A DNA stretch of 64,000 nt from an uncultured virus (IMG/VR IMGVR_UViG_3300027736_000038) (taxonomy: Duplodnaviria; Heunggongvirae; Uroviricota; Caudoviricetes). Below, one piece after another: positions 56,107 to 64,000 of the stretch. The notes beneath the pieces are model-generated. The model saw nothing but the letters and a program-made list of their open reading frames with translations, was not told the DNA's origin and made no database searches. A program made the position numbers and the translations under genes. Position 1 is the stretch's first letter; each line of letters starts with the position of its first letter. The stretch lies in the IMG/VR virus record IMGVR_UViG_3300027736_000038, positions 1 to 64,000 of that record, one strand, 5' to 3'.

Positions 56107-57306
56107 TTAGCGGCCGGCTAGATTTTGGCGACTAAAACCCATTCTATCAACGAATTTTAAGCCATTAGATACAAAACCCTCATGTGTTTCAGTACCATCA
56201 TCTAAATATCCTTTGACCGGGGATTCTTTTGCTGCTTGATTAAGCTGTTCTACGATAGACATTTTTAACTTGTACATCTCTACCCAAATAGTAAATGCCC
56301 CCTTAATTGCTTCGGCATTCTGTTGTAAGTATCCAGGAACAAGTACTTCTTTCTTTGTCTTTGGATCTAATGTAGTGTATCCTAACAATTTCTTACGCAT
56401 AGGTTCTGTCATGGGTCTAGCTTTTACAAAATCCATAAAGCCTTGTGCTAAATCATTTAAGTTACCCTCTACGATTCGTTTGTTAATGAATACTGTAAAC
56501 AATTGATTAAATGAATTACGTGCTTGGGGGGCATTATCCATAAATTGATCCACTAATGCTCCGTAACTTTTAATAGCATTTTGAGTACTTTTAACTAAAG
56601 ATGTGTTGATTTTCATCTTGGGGGTAATAGGCATAGCACTAGGGACAATAGCAACATTGCTATTATTCTTTAGCTGCCCTATAGTTCCATCTAATGTACT
56701 AGCATCATCTGTTGTCATGGCATTAGGTGCTAGATATTGATGCACAGCGATACCAGCTTGCTTGCCAGCCATTAATTTACCTAAATCACTTTCGGCATTT
56801 ACTTTATACGTAATGCCTTTGGGATTCGCTTTGAACATGTAGATACCGTTCTTTTCTGATAATGGTTGACTGAATAACAAATCCCCCCAATAATAACCTT
56901 TACCGCCACTAGATGATTTTGCTAGCCCTGGCCAAATCTCTGCCATTAATGAGTGTAGACCTGAACGGTCTACGCCCCTGGCTTGGTCATATTGCATAAA
57001 CTGTTCTGGACTGAATACTTGTCTACCTGACCCGTCTTTCTTGTTGAACATATGCTTGTCCATAATACTAAACTGTCCACGACTATTACGGCCAAATATC
57101 AATGCAGGATATCCGTCCCACTTAATAGTAACAGTCTTGGGATTCTTTACGGTAGCTATACTTGCTTGTAATGCACGATTTGCACCCTGACTTCCTCCCA
57201 AAAATATTAAATCTTCAGGATGATCTAGGTGTCCCTTATCTTCTTTCAAAGAGGCAATTTTATCTACTTTGTCTCTAAGTATCGCTAACGATTCAGATAG
57301 GTTCAC
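56107..57306 (-). CDS. nucleotidyltransferase (RNA-ligase-like, DUF6267-type) protein
   Basis: 'HLDHPED', motif I-like 'TIKWDG', 'WGDLLF', motif IV-like 'HEGFV', motif V-like 'LKFVDR'. Confidence 0.55.
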   Translation of the reverse strand: MNLSESLAILRDKVDKIASLKEDKGHLDHPEDLIFLGGSQGANRALQASIATVKNPKTVTIKWDGYPALIFGRNSRGQFSIMDKHMFNKKDGSGRQVFSPEQFMQYDQARGVDRSGLHSLMAEIWPGLAKSSSGGKGYYWGDLLFSQPLSEKNGIYMFKANPKGITYKVNAESDLGKLMAGKQAGIAVHQYLAPNAMTTDDASTLDGTIGQLKNNSNVAIVPSAMPITPKMKINTSLVKSTQNAIKSYGALVDQFMDNAPQARNSFNQLFTVFINKRIVEGNLNDLAQGFMDFVKARPMTEPMRKKLLGYTTLDPKTKKEVLVPGYLQQNAEAIKGAFTIWVEMYKLKMSIVEQLNQAAKESPVKGYLDDGTETHEGFVSNGLKFVDRMGFSRQNLAGR

Positions 57307-57541
57307 GGTTTTTCCTTAATGATTTAGAAAATCTCTGCTGGTCTTTGCTCTTAATAGCACTTAATAGTTTTCGCTCTAATATTTGCGCCTGTTCTTCAGG
57401 GTAATGCTTATTAATCAACTCAAGTAAATTAATAGCACTGGTTATGATATTATGAGCCCTACTTTCAATAATGTGACTTGTATCGCGGTTATTGCCGAGT
57501 GCTTCTAATTCCTGCAAGAGGGAGCGGGTTTGTTTTTGCAT
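57293..57541 (-). CDS. small hypothetical protein
   Basis: 82 aa; late box upstream. Confidence 0.65.
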   Translation of the reverse strand: MQKQTRSLLQELEALGNNRDTSHIIESRAHNIITSAINLLELINKHYPEEQAQILERKLLSAIKSKDQQRFSKSLRKNREPI

Positions 57542-57579
57542 ATAATTATCCTACTAGTATTTATGCGTGTATGGTATAA

Positions 57580-59022
57580 TTATTTCTTTAAGGAATTCAA
57601 CAATGTCTTAAATTTTGATCCCTGTATTTCAGCATGAACTGTTCTAGTCAACGGTTCTAATGTTATTTCTTCAGTACTTTGATCAACAGTATAATCTGTA
57701 ACTGTAGCTTGTGGTTTTAATGTACTCATTATGTCATTTGCGCTTGGCTTTGGTGTGTAACTCTGTTCACCATCGACCCCGGGGTCACTGATACGCATAG
57801 TCTCAACATCATATTCTAAATCAATCTTCATTCCTACGCCAGTTGAACTACGACTTTTCATACATTGAATCTGATACTTGCCACGCTCACGCATACTGCG
57901 ACTTGTGAAGATACCAAACACGTTATCTGCTGTGTTAATCTTACTGATACCGCCTGCAATATGACTATGGTCAAATTCTTGTTCGTCAACAGCACTACGA
58001 TTTAACTGACTTGCGGTAACTAACAAGACACCAAGTTCCTTTGCTAAATTACGCAATTCTTCTGCTACATACTTATCTTTAATAAACTGATCAGTGGGGC
58101 TAACATTAATAGACACTGGCATAACCAAATCTAAGTAATCAATCATAACAAAGTCAATTTTAATACCAGTTTGAATTTGCACCTCTTTTAAATAAGCACG
58201 AATATCATTTACATTGCTTTGTGCCGGTAATGCTTTAACCCGATACTTTCCAGACTTCTTACCTGCTATCTTAACTCTAAGTTCTGTTGTATCAATATCT
58301 TTACGAATTGCTTTTGTACCCATCATGGTTAACATTGCATCTGTACGCAACGATGTTAATTCTTCACTCAATTCCAGGGTAATATATGCACCACTCAATC
58401 CCATTTGTAACCAGCTTAATGCAATGTTCATCATCACAAGTGATTTACCTGAACCTGAACCACCTGCAAAGATATTCAATTCACCTCTACTCATGCCACC
58501 ATACAAAATACGATCCATTTGTGGCCAGCCTGTTGATACTTGTCCACCACTATTAAAATATTTGTTGATACGACCTTTAGGATCAGCAAAGTAATCTGTA
58601 CCCATGTCTCTTTGTAAACTAATTTGTACCGCATCTTTGATTAGTTTTTCAACTGGTTCAAAATCACCCTTCTCAAGTAAGTCTGCTGCCTTAAGAATAG
58701 CACGTTCTAATTCTTGTCTTTTGGTAAATGATTCAAATTCGTCAAAGAACCATTCATAATGACCTTCATTCAATTCTGGGATAGGGTCAATATCTATTCC
58801 GGTTGTTGCTTTAATTTGTGTAGAGTCCGGTAATACTCTATATTTGTCGGTATGTGTTTTAAATAATTCAGCCACTGGTTTTAGCGAACGATCAAAATTC
58901 TCGCTATTCATAATATTCATAACACGGGTATACAATTCCGCGTTTGTAATCATCATCCTCAGAAACAGCTTCTGAACATCAGATGTGTATTCTAATTGTT
59001 TTTTAGATTCCTGCTTTGCCAA
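57580..59022 (-). CDS. replicative DnaB-like helicase (gp41-like)
   Basis: GGSGSGKS Walker A, TLELSE, IDYLDL, TASQLNR, MKSR. Confidence 0.9.
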   Translation of the reverse strand: MAKQESKKQLEYTSDVQKLFLRMMITNAELYTRVMNIMNSENFDRSLKPVAELFKTHTDKYRVLPDSTQIKATTGIDIDPIPELNEGHYEWFFDEFESFTKRQELERAILKAADLLEKGDFEPVEKLIKDAVQISLQRDMGTDYFADPKGRINKYFNSGGQVSTGWPQMDRILYGGMSRGELNIFAGGSGSGKSLVMMNIALSWLQMGLSGAYITLELSEELTSLRTDAMLTMMGTKAIRKDIDTTELRVKIAGKKSGKYRVKALPAQSNVNDIRAYLKEVQIQTGIKIDFVMIDYLDLVMPVSINVSPTDQFIKDKYVAEELRNLAKELGVLLVTASQLNRSAVDEQEFDHSHIAGGISKINTADNVFGIFTSRSMRERGKYQIQCMKSRSSTGVGMKIDLEYDVETMRISDPGVDGEQSYTPKPSANDIMSTLKPQATVTDYTVDQSTEEITLEPLTRTVHAEIQGSKFKTLLNSLKK

Positions 59023-59977
59023 TTTTTTTCCTTTGCATTTCTATTTTGATTTTACTATTTGTTGCACATTGTAGTATACTTAATAGGGTAGGTAATTTAC
59101 CATATTTAACTACTGCATCATTTACATCTTTTACATCACTATCCCAATTTGGTAAACTAACACTATAACCCAATTCCAATGCTTTATCACACAATTCTAA
59201 TCCCGTCTTATCTCTATCTGGGACTAGTATAATTTGTTTGTTCAATGTGCTTAATAGTAATGCTTGTTCAGGATTGATATCATTATGCATTATTGCCACA
59301 CCGTCAATACTCAATGCATCAAATATTCCTTCAGTTACAATACAAACGCTCCAGTCTGGTTTTTGCATATCAATATTAAATACATAACCGTGTTGTTGTT
59401 CATTGATATACTTAGGTATTTTATCATCTAAAAATCTACTTGTATGACCTACTATAGTATTATTATAGGTGTAAGGGATGATTACTCTATTACCCATCCT
59501 GCCTTTTGCATTTGGAGTGATTAAAAAAGGATAAGCATTAATATCTATCTTTCTCAATTGCAGATAGTCTACATATACTTTGTGCAATGGATTATTAATA
59601 TCCACAATATCGCCGGCGGGCAATTGGTGTTCGTTAAAGGTAATCTTTATGCGTTGTTTTACTGGACGAGTGAAATCTATCAAATCTTTATTCTGTAGAC
59701 TTTGTAAATTCCACCTTTGAATTTGAATATCATCTATACCGCACCATTTTAATAATGTTCTAGTTTTTATTAAAATAGGTTGCCCTAAAGTGAAGCCTGT
59801 TTTGAATCCACAATTAAAACAAGCATATACCCAATTTCCCCCATCGAACATGATGCCACCGCGCAATCTTTGATCTGGTCGATGATTAAAGTGGTGACAA
59901 CAAACCGCGTTAAAGATAGTCCAACCAGTACTAGTTTTTCTTTTTTTGCCGGGTATTATTGACAGGATATCAAACAT
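59003..59977 (-). CDS. DNA primase (zinc finger plus TOPRIM)
   Basis: 'CC.....D...RGG', 'CFNCG', 'TEGIFDA', 'PDRDKTG', 'KDVND'. Confidence 0.88.
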   Translation of the reverse strand: MFDILSIIPGKKRKTSTGWTIFNAVCCHHFNHRPDQRLRGGIMFDGGNWVYACFNCGFKTGFTLGQPILIKTRTLLKWCGIDDIQIQRWNLQSLQNKDLIDFTRPVKQRIKITFNEHQLPAGDIVDINNPLHKVYVDYLQLRKIDINAYPFLITPNAKGRMGNRVIIPYTYNNTIVGHTSRFLDDKIPKYINEQQHGYVFNIDMQKPDWSVCIVTEGIFDALSIDGVAIMHNDINPEQALLLSTLNKQIILVPDRDKTGLELCDKALELGYSVSLPNWDSDVKDVNDAVVKYGKLPTLLSILQCATNSKIKIEMQRKKIGKAGI

Positions 59978-59983
59978 CTATTG

Positions 59984-60012
59984 ATTGTAACACAATCATA
60001 ATGTTAAAGCAA
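59984..60012 (-). promoter_or_regulatory. sigma70-type promoter for primase-helicase
   Basis: TTGCTT-17-TACAAT with extended TG; ATG 6 nt downstream. Confidence 0.65.
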
Positions 60013-60013
60013 A

Positions 60014-60778
60014 TTATCTGGTCAATATATTTGTTACTGCGCCCGCATTGCTAGTGAATTGCATACGAACATAAGGATGAAATCCTTCAATTACATATCC
60101 AACCGTTTGTGTAACATTAGAGACTTCCTCAGTAGTTACAATATCATACCAATCATTATCCACAATACTGCTACCTTGAATAGTTGTGTTTCCATAGAAT
60201 TCAATGTACTCAGTTTGGATAGTTAGTATTGGATTGTTATTAGTACTCAGTACACTAGTAGTGTAAGTGATGCTACTTCCATTACTGTTAGGACTATTAG
60301 GAAAGGCTTGCCCAGTTGGGATTGTGATATTGTATGATGGGACAAAGTTAGGTAATACACTATTAACAATATTCATCTCGCCACGGGCGCCGGCGTTTTG
60401 ATCCACAAACACAGGGAAGTCAAACTCATTAACTGGTATTTCTAAGGTATAATAGCATTTTTGAGCCTGTATATTCTCAAGGTCCGCAGCATTTAAATAT
60501 AACGCACAAATACCGGTGGCAGCAAACTGCAAGGTCAATGCTTTCTGTATTAAGATTTCATTACCTGTGTAGTTTAATATACGGCAAGTGATACTTTTTC
60601 CAGTAACATCTACGGGTTTTTGCTCTTGATTCAGGAATTGAAACTGGATTTGATTATCCACTCCCTTATGTAGGGTTAATGGTTTGGCATAGACTGGCAT
60701 ATATTTCCTCGGTGAATAGCCTGACAATAACACAACAATGTTGCGCTGAACGTAATAAAATACTGATGTTGAATACAC
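60014..60778 (-). CDS. putative virion structural protein
   Basis: 'L.LHKGVDN.IQF...NQEQKPVD.TG' baseplate-upper-like N-terminus; late box. Confidence 0.55.
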   Translation of the reverse strand: MYSTSVFYYVQRNIVVLLSGYSPRKYMPVYAKPLTLHKGVDNQIQFQFLNQEQKPVDVTGKSITCRILNYTGNEILIQKALTLQFAATGICALYLNAADLENIQAQKCYYTLEIPVNEFDFPVFVDQNAGARGEMNIVNSVLPNFVPSYNITIPTGQAFPNSPNSNGSSITYTTSVLSTNNNPILTIQTEYIEFYGNTTIQGSSIVDNDWYDIVTTEEVSNVTQTVGYVIEGFHPYVRMQFTSNAGAVTNILTR

Positions 60779-60865
60779 AAATGTAGGCTCCTATAACGTA
60801 TTTAGTCTATATATTTTAATTTAATTAACTTTGGTTACCCGATAAATAAACTGTTAACTAAAATA

Positions 60866-61246
60866 ATGATCCAAAACGAATTCTTTAAACGATTGACAGA
60901 AAATCACCCGTTCATTACAGTATGTTCATATGCCAACCAAGATTATGTAGGTATTGTTCAAAACCGTGATGACATGGTCACCACTATATATGATTACGGT
61001 GCTATAACCGATAACACAATCAAAGAAAAGTTCTTAGAATTAGGAGAAGTTTGGTGGTGGGAAAGTAATCGTCTTGTCCCTATCAATCTGTTTTTAAAGG
61101 ATGATTGGCTACCCTTTAAACCCTACTTAAGGACCTTTACTAACAAAAGTCTAGTAGTGGTTCACGGTCCAACGTGCAGTATGAATGAATTAAGTAAACG
61201 CCGTAGTAAACGCCGTAGCATCACCCTCGTTAAGAGAATGCCCTAA
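60866..61246 (+). CDS. hypothetical protein
   Basis: 126 aa; GATAAATA at 60841; 'WWWESNR..PIN.FL'. Confidence 0.7.
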   Translation: MIQNEFFKRLTENHPFITVCSYANQDYVGIVQNRDDMVTTIYDYGAITDNTIKEKFLELGEVWWWESNRLVPINLFLKDDWLPFKPYLRTFTNKSLVVVHGPTCSMNELSKRRSKRRSITLVKRMP

Positions 61247-61801
61247 CAAATTCATGTGAACAACTACTAGTTGTGCGTAGGCTACACTATGACTACGTTT
61301 GAATACATACCCATCAGTTCCCTTATCCCATACAGTTTTACTAATCTCACTCCAAGATTTCCCAATCAAATGCTTTTTACCAGGACGAATAACTGCTAAA
61401 AACATAGATAATCTTGGGATACTATCTATAGGTTCTGGCATCTTCTCTAAATTGTAGTACTGATTATTCAAGTGAATAAGTTTTTCAACAAAAGATTTAT
61501 CCTTCAGTTTACTCCAATCAGGCTCAACCATCAATTCATTAAGATGTTGTTCATCTCTGACATTCTCATAAACATGAACATTCAACAAATCTAGTTTGAA
61601 GTAACCACGCTTCTCGGCTTCTGTATAGTCAATACTTGCGATATCATGTATTGGATCATAGGGAATAGGTGTAACATATACACCAGTAGCATGTTTACGA
61701 ATAGGATTGACATTACGCATTGCTGCGCTTGTATGTTTAATCAGTTCAAGCAATTTATCTCTTGAACCAAAGTCAATGTCAATATCACTATCTATTCTCA
61801 T
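61190..61801 (-). CDS. dnaE: DNA polymerase III alpha-like (family C), catalytic C-terminal fragment
   Basis: SDIDIDF (catalytic DxD), 'KHATGVYV', 'GYFKLDLL' (third Asp), 'AVIRPG', 'GYVFKRSHSVAYA'. Confidence 0.85.
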   Translation of the reverse strand: MRIDSDIDIDFGSRDKLLELIKHTSAAMRNVNPIRKHATGVYVTPIPYDPIHDIASIDYTEAEKRGYFKLDLLNVHVYENVRDEQHLNELMVEPDWSKLKDKSFVEKLIHLNNQYYNLEKMPEPIDSIPRLSMFLAVIRPGKKHLIGKSWSEISKTVWDKGTDGYVFKRSHSVAYAQLVVVHMNLLGHSLNEGDATAFTTAFT

Positions 61802-62115
61802 CCTCTGAACCCCGGTAGATTATCCCAGTCACCGTTCCAATCGGGGGGTAACCACGGGTTAGTGAAATCACGTTCGGAAGGCCCTTCTACTTTTAAATCA
61901 AACGCCTTTGCAAACTTTTTTGCGTCTTTTTTAAATTTAAAACTAAACTCTATTACCTCTTTATTATCTACTAAATCAGTACAATCTTCAGCATCAATGA
62001 CAGTTATGTTGTTATCAACTAACCAAGTCATCAACTTAAAATCATCTTCATTCTGCATATAGTCATCATATTCTTTTTCCGTTTCAAATTTATATGCTAC
62101 AATATATACCATCAT
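61798..62115 (-). CDS. small acidic hypothetical protein
   Basis: 105 aa, ATGA-coupled at both ends. Confidence 0.6.
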   Translation of the reverse strand: MMVYIVAYKFETEKEYDDYMQNEDDFKLMTWLVDNNITVIDAEDCTDLVDNKEVIEFSFKFKKDAKKFAKAFDLKVEGPSERDFTNPWLPPDWNGDWDNLPGFRG

Positions 62116-62660
62116 GGTGCCATTACTCCTGCTTTAATTAGTTTAGTATACGCTTTTTGTACAACAATTGCTTGTCTTTCGGCATCTTCTACTGCTTTGT
62201 GACTAGTAGAATGTCCGCCATCACTTAGTTTGACTCCTGCAACTTCATACAACGTTCTAGTATCTCGTACGGTATAGAATGGCCACGGTATTCGCACTCC
62301 AAGTTGCCTCCATGCGGTCTCGCAAGCAACGATATCAAATGCAGCCCCATTAGACCACACAGCACGGCGATTCCAACAAAACTTATAAAGGGTTTCCATA
62401 CATTCACTAAATGAAACACGTCCTTCATCTCCCATCGCTTCTTCAAGTGCGGCAGGGCTTTGTTTTGCCCACCATTCAATTGTACTGTCATCAATTATCC
62501 TATCATATTTTTCTGTCTGTTCTTCAATCGTAGGACGCAATTCTAATCGTTCTACTACACCATTACCCTTAGGATCAAACCGCACAGCTCCTATAGTTAA
62601 TATAACACAATATGGACTTGTGTCAAGTGTCTCCAAATCAATCATTATATCATTTGCCAT
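62112..62660 (-). CDS. DEDDh 3'-5' exonuclease
   Basis: 'MIDLETL', 'WSNGAAFD', 'RDTRT', 'HKAVEDA'; start at MANDIM. Confidence 0.85.
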   Translation of the reverse strand: MANDIMIDLETLDTSPYCVILTIGAVRFDPKGNGVVERLELRPTIEEQTEKYDRIIDDSTIEWWAKQSPAALEEAMGDEGRVSFSECMETLYKFCWNRRAVWSNGAAFDIVACETAWRQLGVRIPWPFYTVRDTRTLYEVAGVKLSDGGHSTSHKAVEDAERQAIVVQKAYTKLIKAGVMAP

Positions 62661-62932
62661 TACATCTGCCACATTTCATACATTGTTATAAATCTATCAT
62701 CCCACAACTCTATTGTAACACATCCTCCAGCTAAAGAGAAGTCCCAACCTTGGTGTCTTTCACCAAAATTTCTTCTCATCCATTTTACAATGATAGATGG
62801 ATCCTCTTTATGATATCTACAATCTCTTTGATAGACTGTTTTGTGTCCTGCTTTATATTTGTTATCCTTACATAAAGAGCCTGAGGCATTGGGATATGCT
62901 GGATGGAAACATTCTGTGTATTTTATTGCCAT
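62660..62932 (-). CDS. small hypothetical protein (divergent member of the LRW array)
   Basis: 'KWMRRNFG....WDF...TMYEMW'. Confidence 0.6.
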   Translation of the reverse strand: MAIKYTECFHPAYPNASGSLCKDNKYKAGHKTVYQRDCRYHKEDPSIIVKWMRRNFGERHQGWDFSLAGGCVTIELWDDRFITMYEMWQM

Positions 62933-62933
62933 A

Positions 62934-63203
62934 TCATCCCCATTTTAATAAAAATATTAAATAGAGTTTTTCATCTACTATCTGATAACCATCTGTTATA
63001 TTGCCATTGGTAATATTCATTCTTACACCGTACTTCTTTTGTAGATAATCTTCAAAATCATATGCGTCAAAATCAGTTTTGTTTTCCATGTACTCTACAC
63101 GAACTTTTTTCAATGCTTCCCAATACTTCCAACGATTCTTTCGTTGATGTAATGCCGGATCATCGTCATCATAATCTTGAAATGATTTTGATATATTGGT
63201 CAT
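62934..63203 (-). CDS. small protein ending FLLKWG
   Basis: ATGA-coupled member of the tandem array. Confidence 0.7.
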   Translation of the reverse strand: MTNISKSFQDYDDDDPALHQRKNRWKYWEALKKVRVEYMENKTDFDAYDFEDYLQKKYGVRMNITNGNITDGYQIVDEKLYLIFLLKWG

Positions 63204-63403
63204 ACCCATCTCAATGCAAAGTAAGTACTGTATTCTTCTTTGTAGAAATTAAACACTGCTCGGCGATCTCTTGTATCATATGTGGAAGAACGATGATATG
63301 CCCAATCAAAATCTACTCCATCAGTCCAGCCGTGTGCTTGCATTTGATGTAATATTTCTATTACTTCATTCGCACTTTTGCCGTAGATGGTTACAGATTT
63401 CAT
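63200..63403 (-). CDS. small protein ending FALRWV
   Basis: ATGA-coupled member of the tandem array. Confidence 0.7.
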   Translation of the reverse strand: MKSVTIYGKSANEVIEILHQMQAHGWTDGVDFDWAYHRSSTYDTRDRRAVFNFYKEEYSTYFALRWV

Positions 63404-63645
63404 TCCCAGCGCAATAAAAACAATGTTAAATCTTCGTCACGGGTAAGCATTATCTCACATTGCTTAATATTATCTACCCAACGATTACTTCCAGTTTCAT
63501 CATCATACCCTGAATTGCCGTAATTCTTTTTACACCATTTCTTGATTTCTTTAGGGTCAACATCATCTTGGTTCTTCCAAGAGATAGTATGTATATTAAC
63601 TTTGCTACCAAAATAGCGTTCTGTTTTGTGTGTAAATTTACTCAT
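63400..63645 (-). CDS. small protein ending FLLRWE
   Basis: ATGA-coupled; 'KWCKKNYG...W...EDLTLFLLRW'. Confidence 0.7.
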   Translation of the reverse strand: MSKFTHKTERYFGSKVNIHTISWKNQDDVDPKEIKKWCKKNYGNSGYDDETGSNRWVDNIKQCEIMLTRDEDLTLFLLRWE

Positions 63646-63902
63646 GACCACCTCAATATGAAAAATGTAGCATCACTACCTTCTTTGAAAGCAATTCTGC
63701 CGTCCCAACAATGATATTCATGATATTCAATTTTATTTTCTTCTAACCAATCTGTTACACTATTACGCACACTAGGAATGTACCATGGATGCGGTATGTT
63801 AACAACAGTCCAACCCATAGCATTATACAATACTTCTGTATCAATGCTGTCAGCCATATCTTTAGCAAGTTTGTCAATGTATTCGTGTTCTATATCTATC
63901 AT
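63642..63902 (-). CDS. small protein ending FILRWS
   Basis: ATGA-coupled; 'W....F...DATFFILRW'. Confidence 0.7.
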   Translation of the reverse strand: MIDIEHEYIDKLAKDMADSIDTEVLYNAMGWTVVNIPHPWYIPSVRNSVTDWLEENKIEYHEYHCWDGRIAFKEGSDATFFILRWS

Positions 63903-64000
63903 GACCATCTCAATATAAAATGTGTAGCATCTTTTGCGTCTACGAAATAGAATGTACTACCAGCCCACTCATTTTTTTGCAAACAACAATCACGCCTAGT
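63899..64000 (-). CDS. 3' end of a further array member (...FYFVDAKDATHFILRWS)
   Basis: Read directly from sequence; truncated by the window edge. Confidence 0.65.
   Translation of the reverse strand, partial: TRRDCCLQKNEWAGSTFYFVDAKDATHFILRWS

Noticed and set aside
57538..57566. Possible fourth RBS-sequestering hairpin after the helicase
   Set aside because: Only about 8 AT-rich pairs with a bulge; too weak to call

Overview
A 64 kb segment of a large T4-superfamily-like (myovirus, probably jumbo) dsDNA phage genome. It is AT-rich, almost entirely minus-strand and uses the standard code. No tRNA, rRNA gene, CRISPR array or transposase was seen. It encodes contractile-tail and neck genes (sheath, tube, tube-like baseplate protein, gp13/14/15-like, gp4-like, probable small terminase), a 2796-aa collagen-like fibre and other fibre/baseplate proteins, and lysis genes (GH19 endolysin, holin). 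Replication and nucleotide genes include primase, DnaB-like helicase, clamp loader, DEDD exonuclease, dNMP kinase, MazG and Nudix. Host-like genes include ClpA, DnaJ, GroES, IscA and PhoH. Two promoter classes are visible: sigma70-type TTGACA-17-TATAAT and a T4-late-like TAAATA box. Most unusual observations: (1) a ~75-nt structured intergenic element (1228-1304) whose transcribed strand is complementary to three universally conserved rRNA segments (23S H69-H70 region, 16S 530 loop), two of them in hairpin loops; (2) a miniature C-family (DnaE) polymerase split into two intein-less genes 48 kb apart; (3) acidic modular 'polyproteins' punctuated by prohead-protease-type xxE sites, with a GC break at a module linker; (4) hairpins that hide the start of late genes lying behind early operons, plus many apparently leaderless mRNAs; (5) a tandem array of small paralogues ending in F-x-L-R-W. 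All functional calls come from motif recognition only; no database searches were run.
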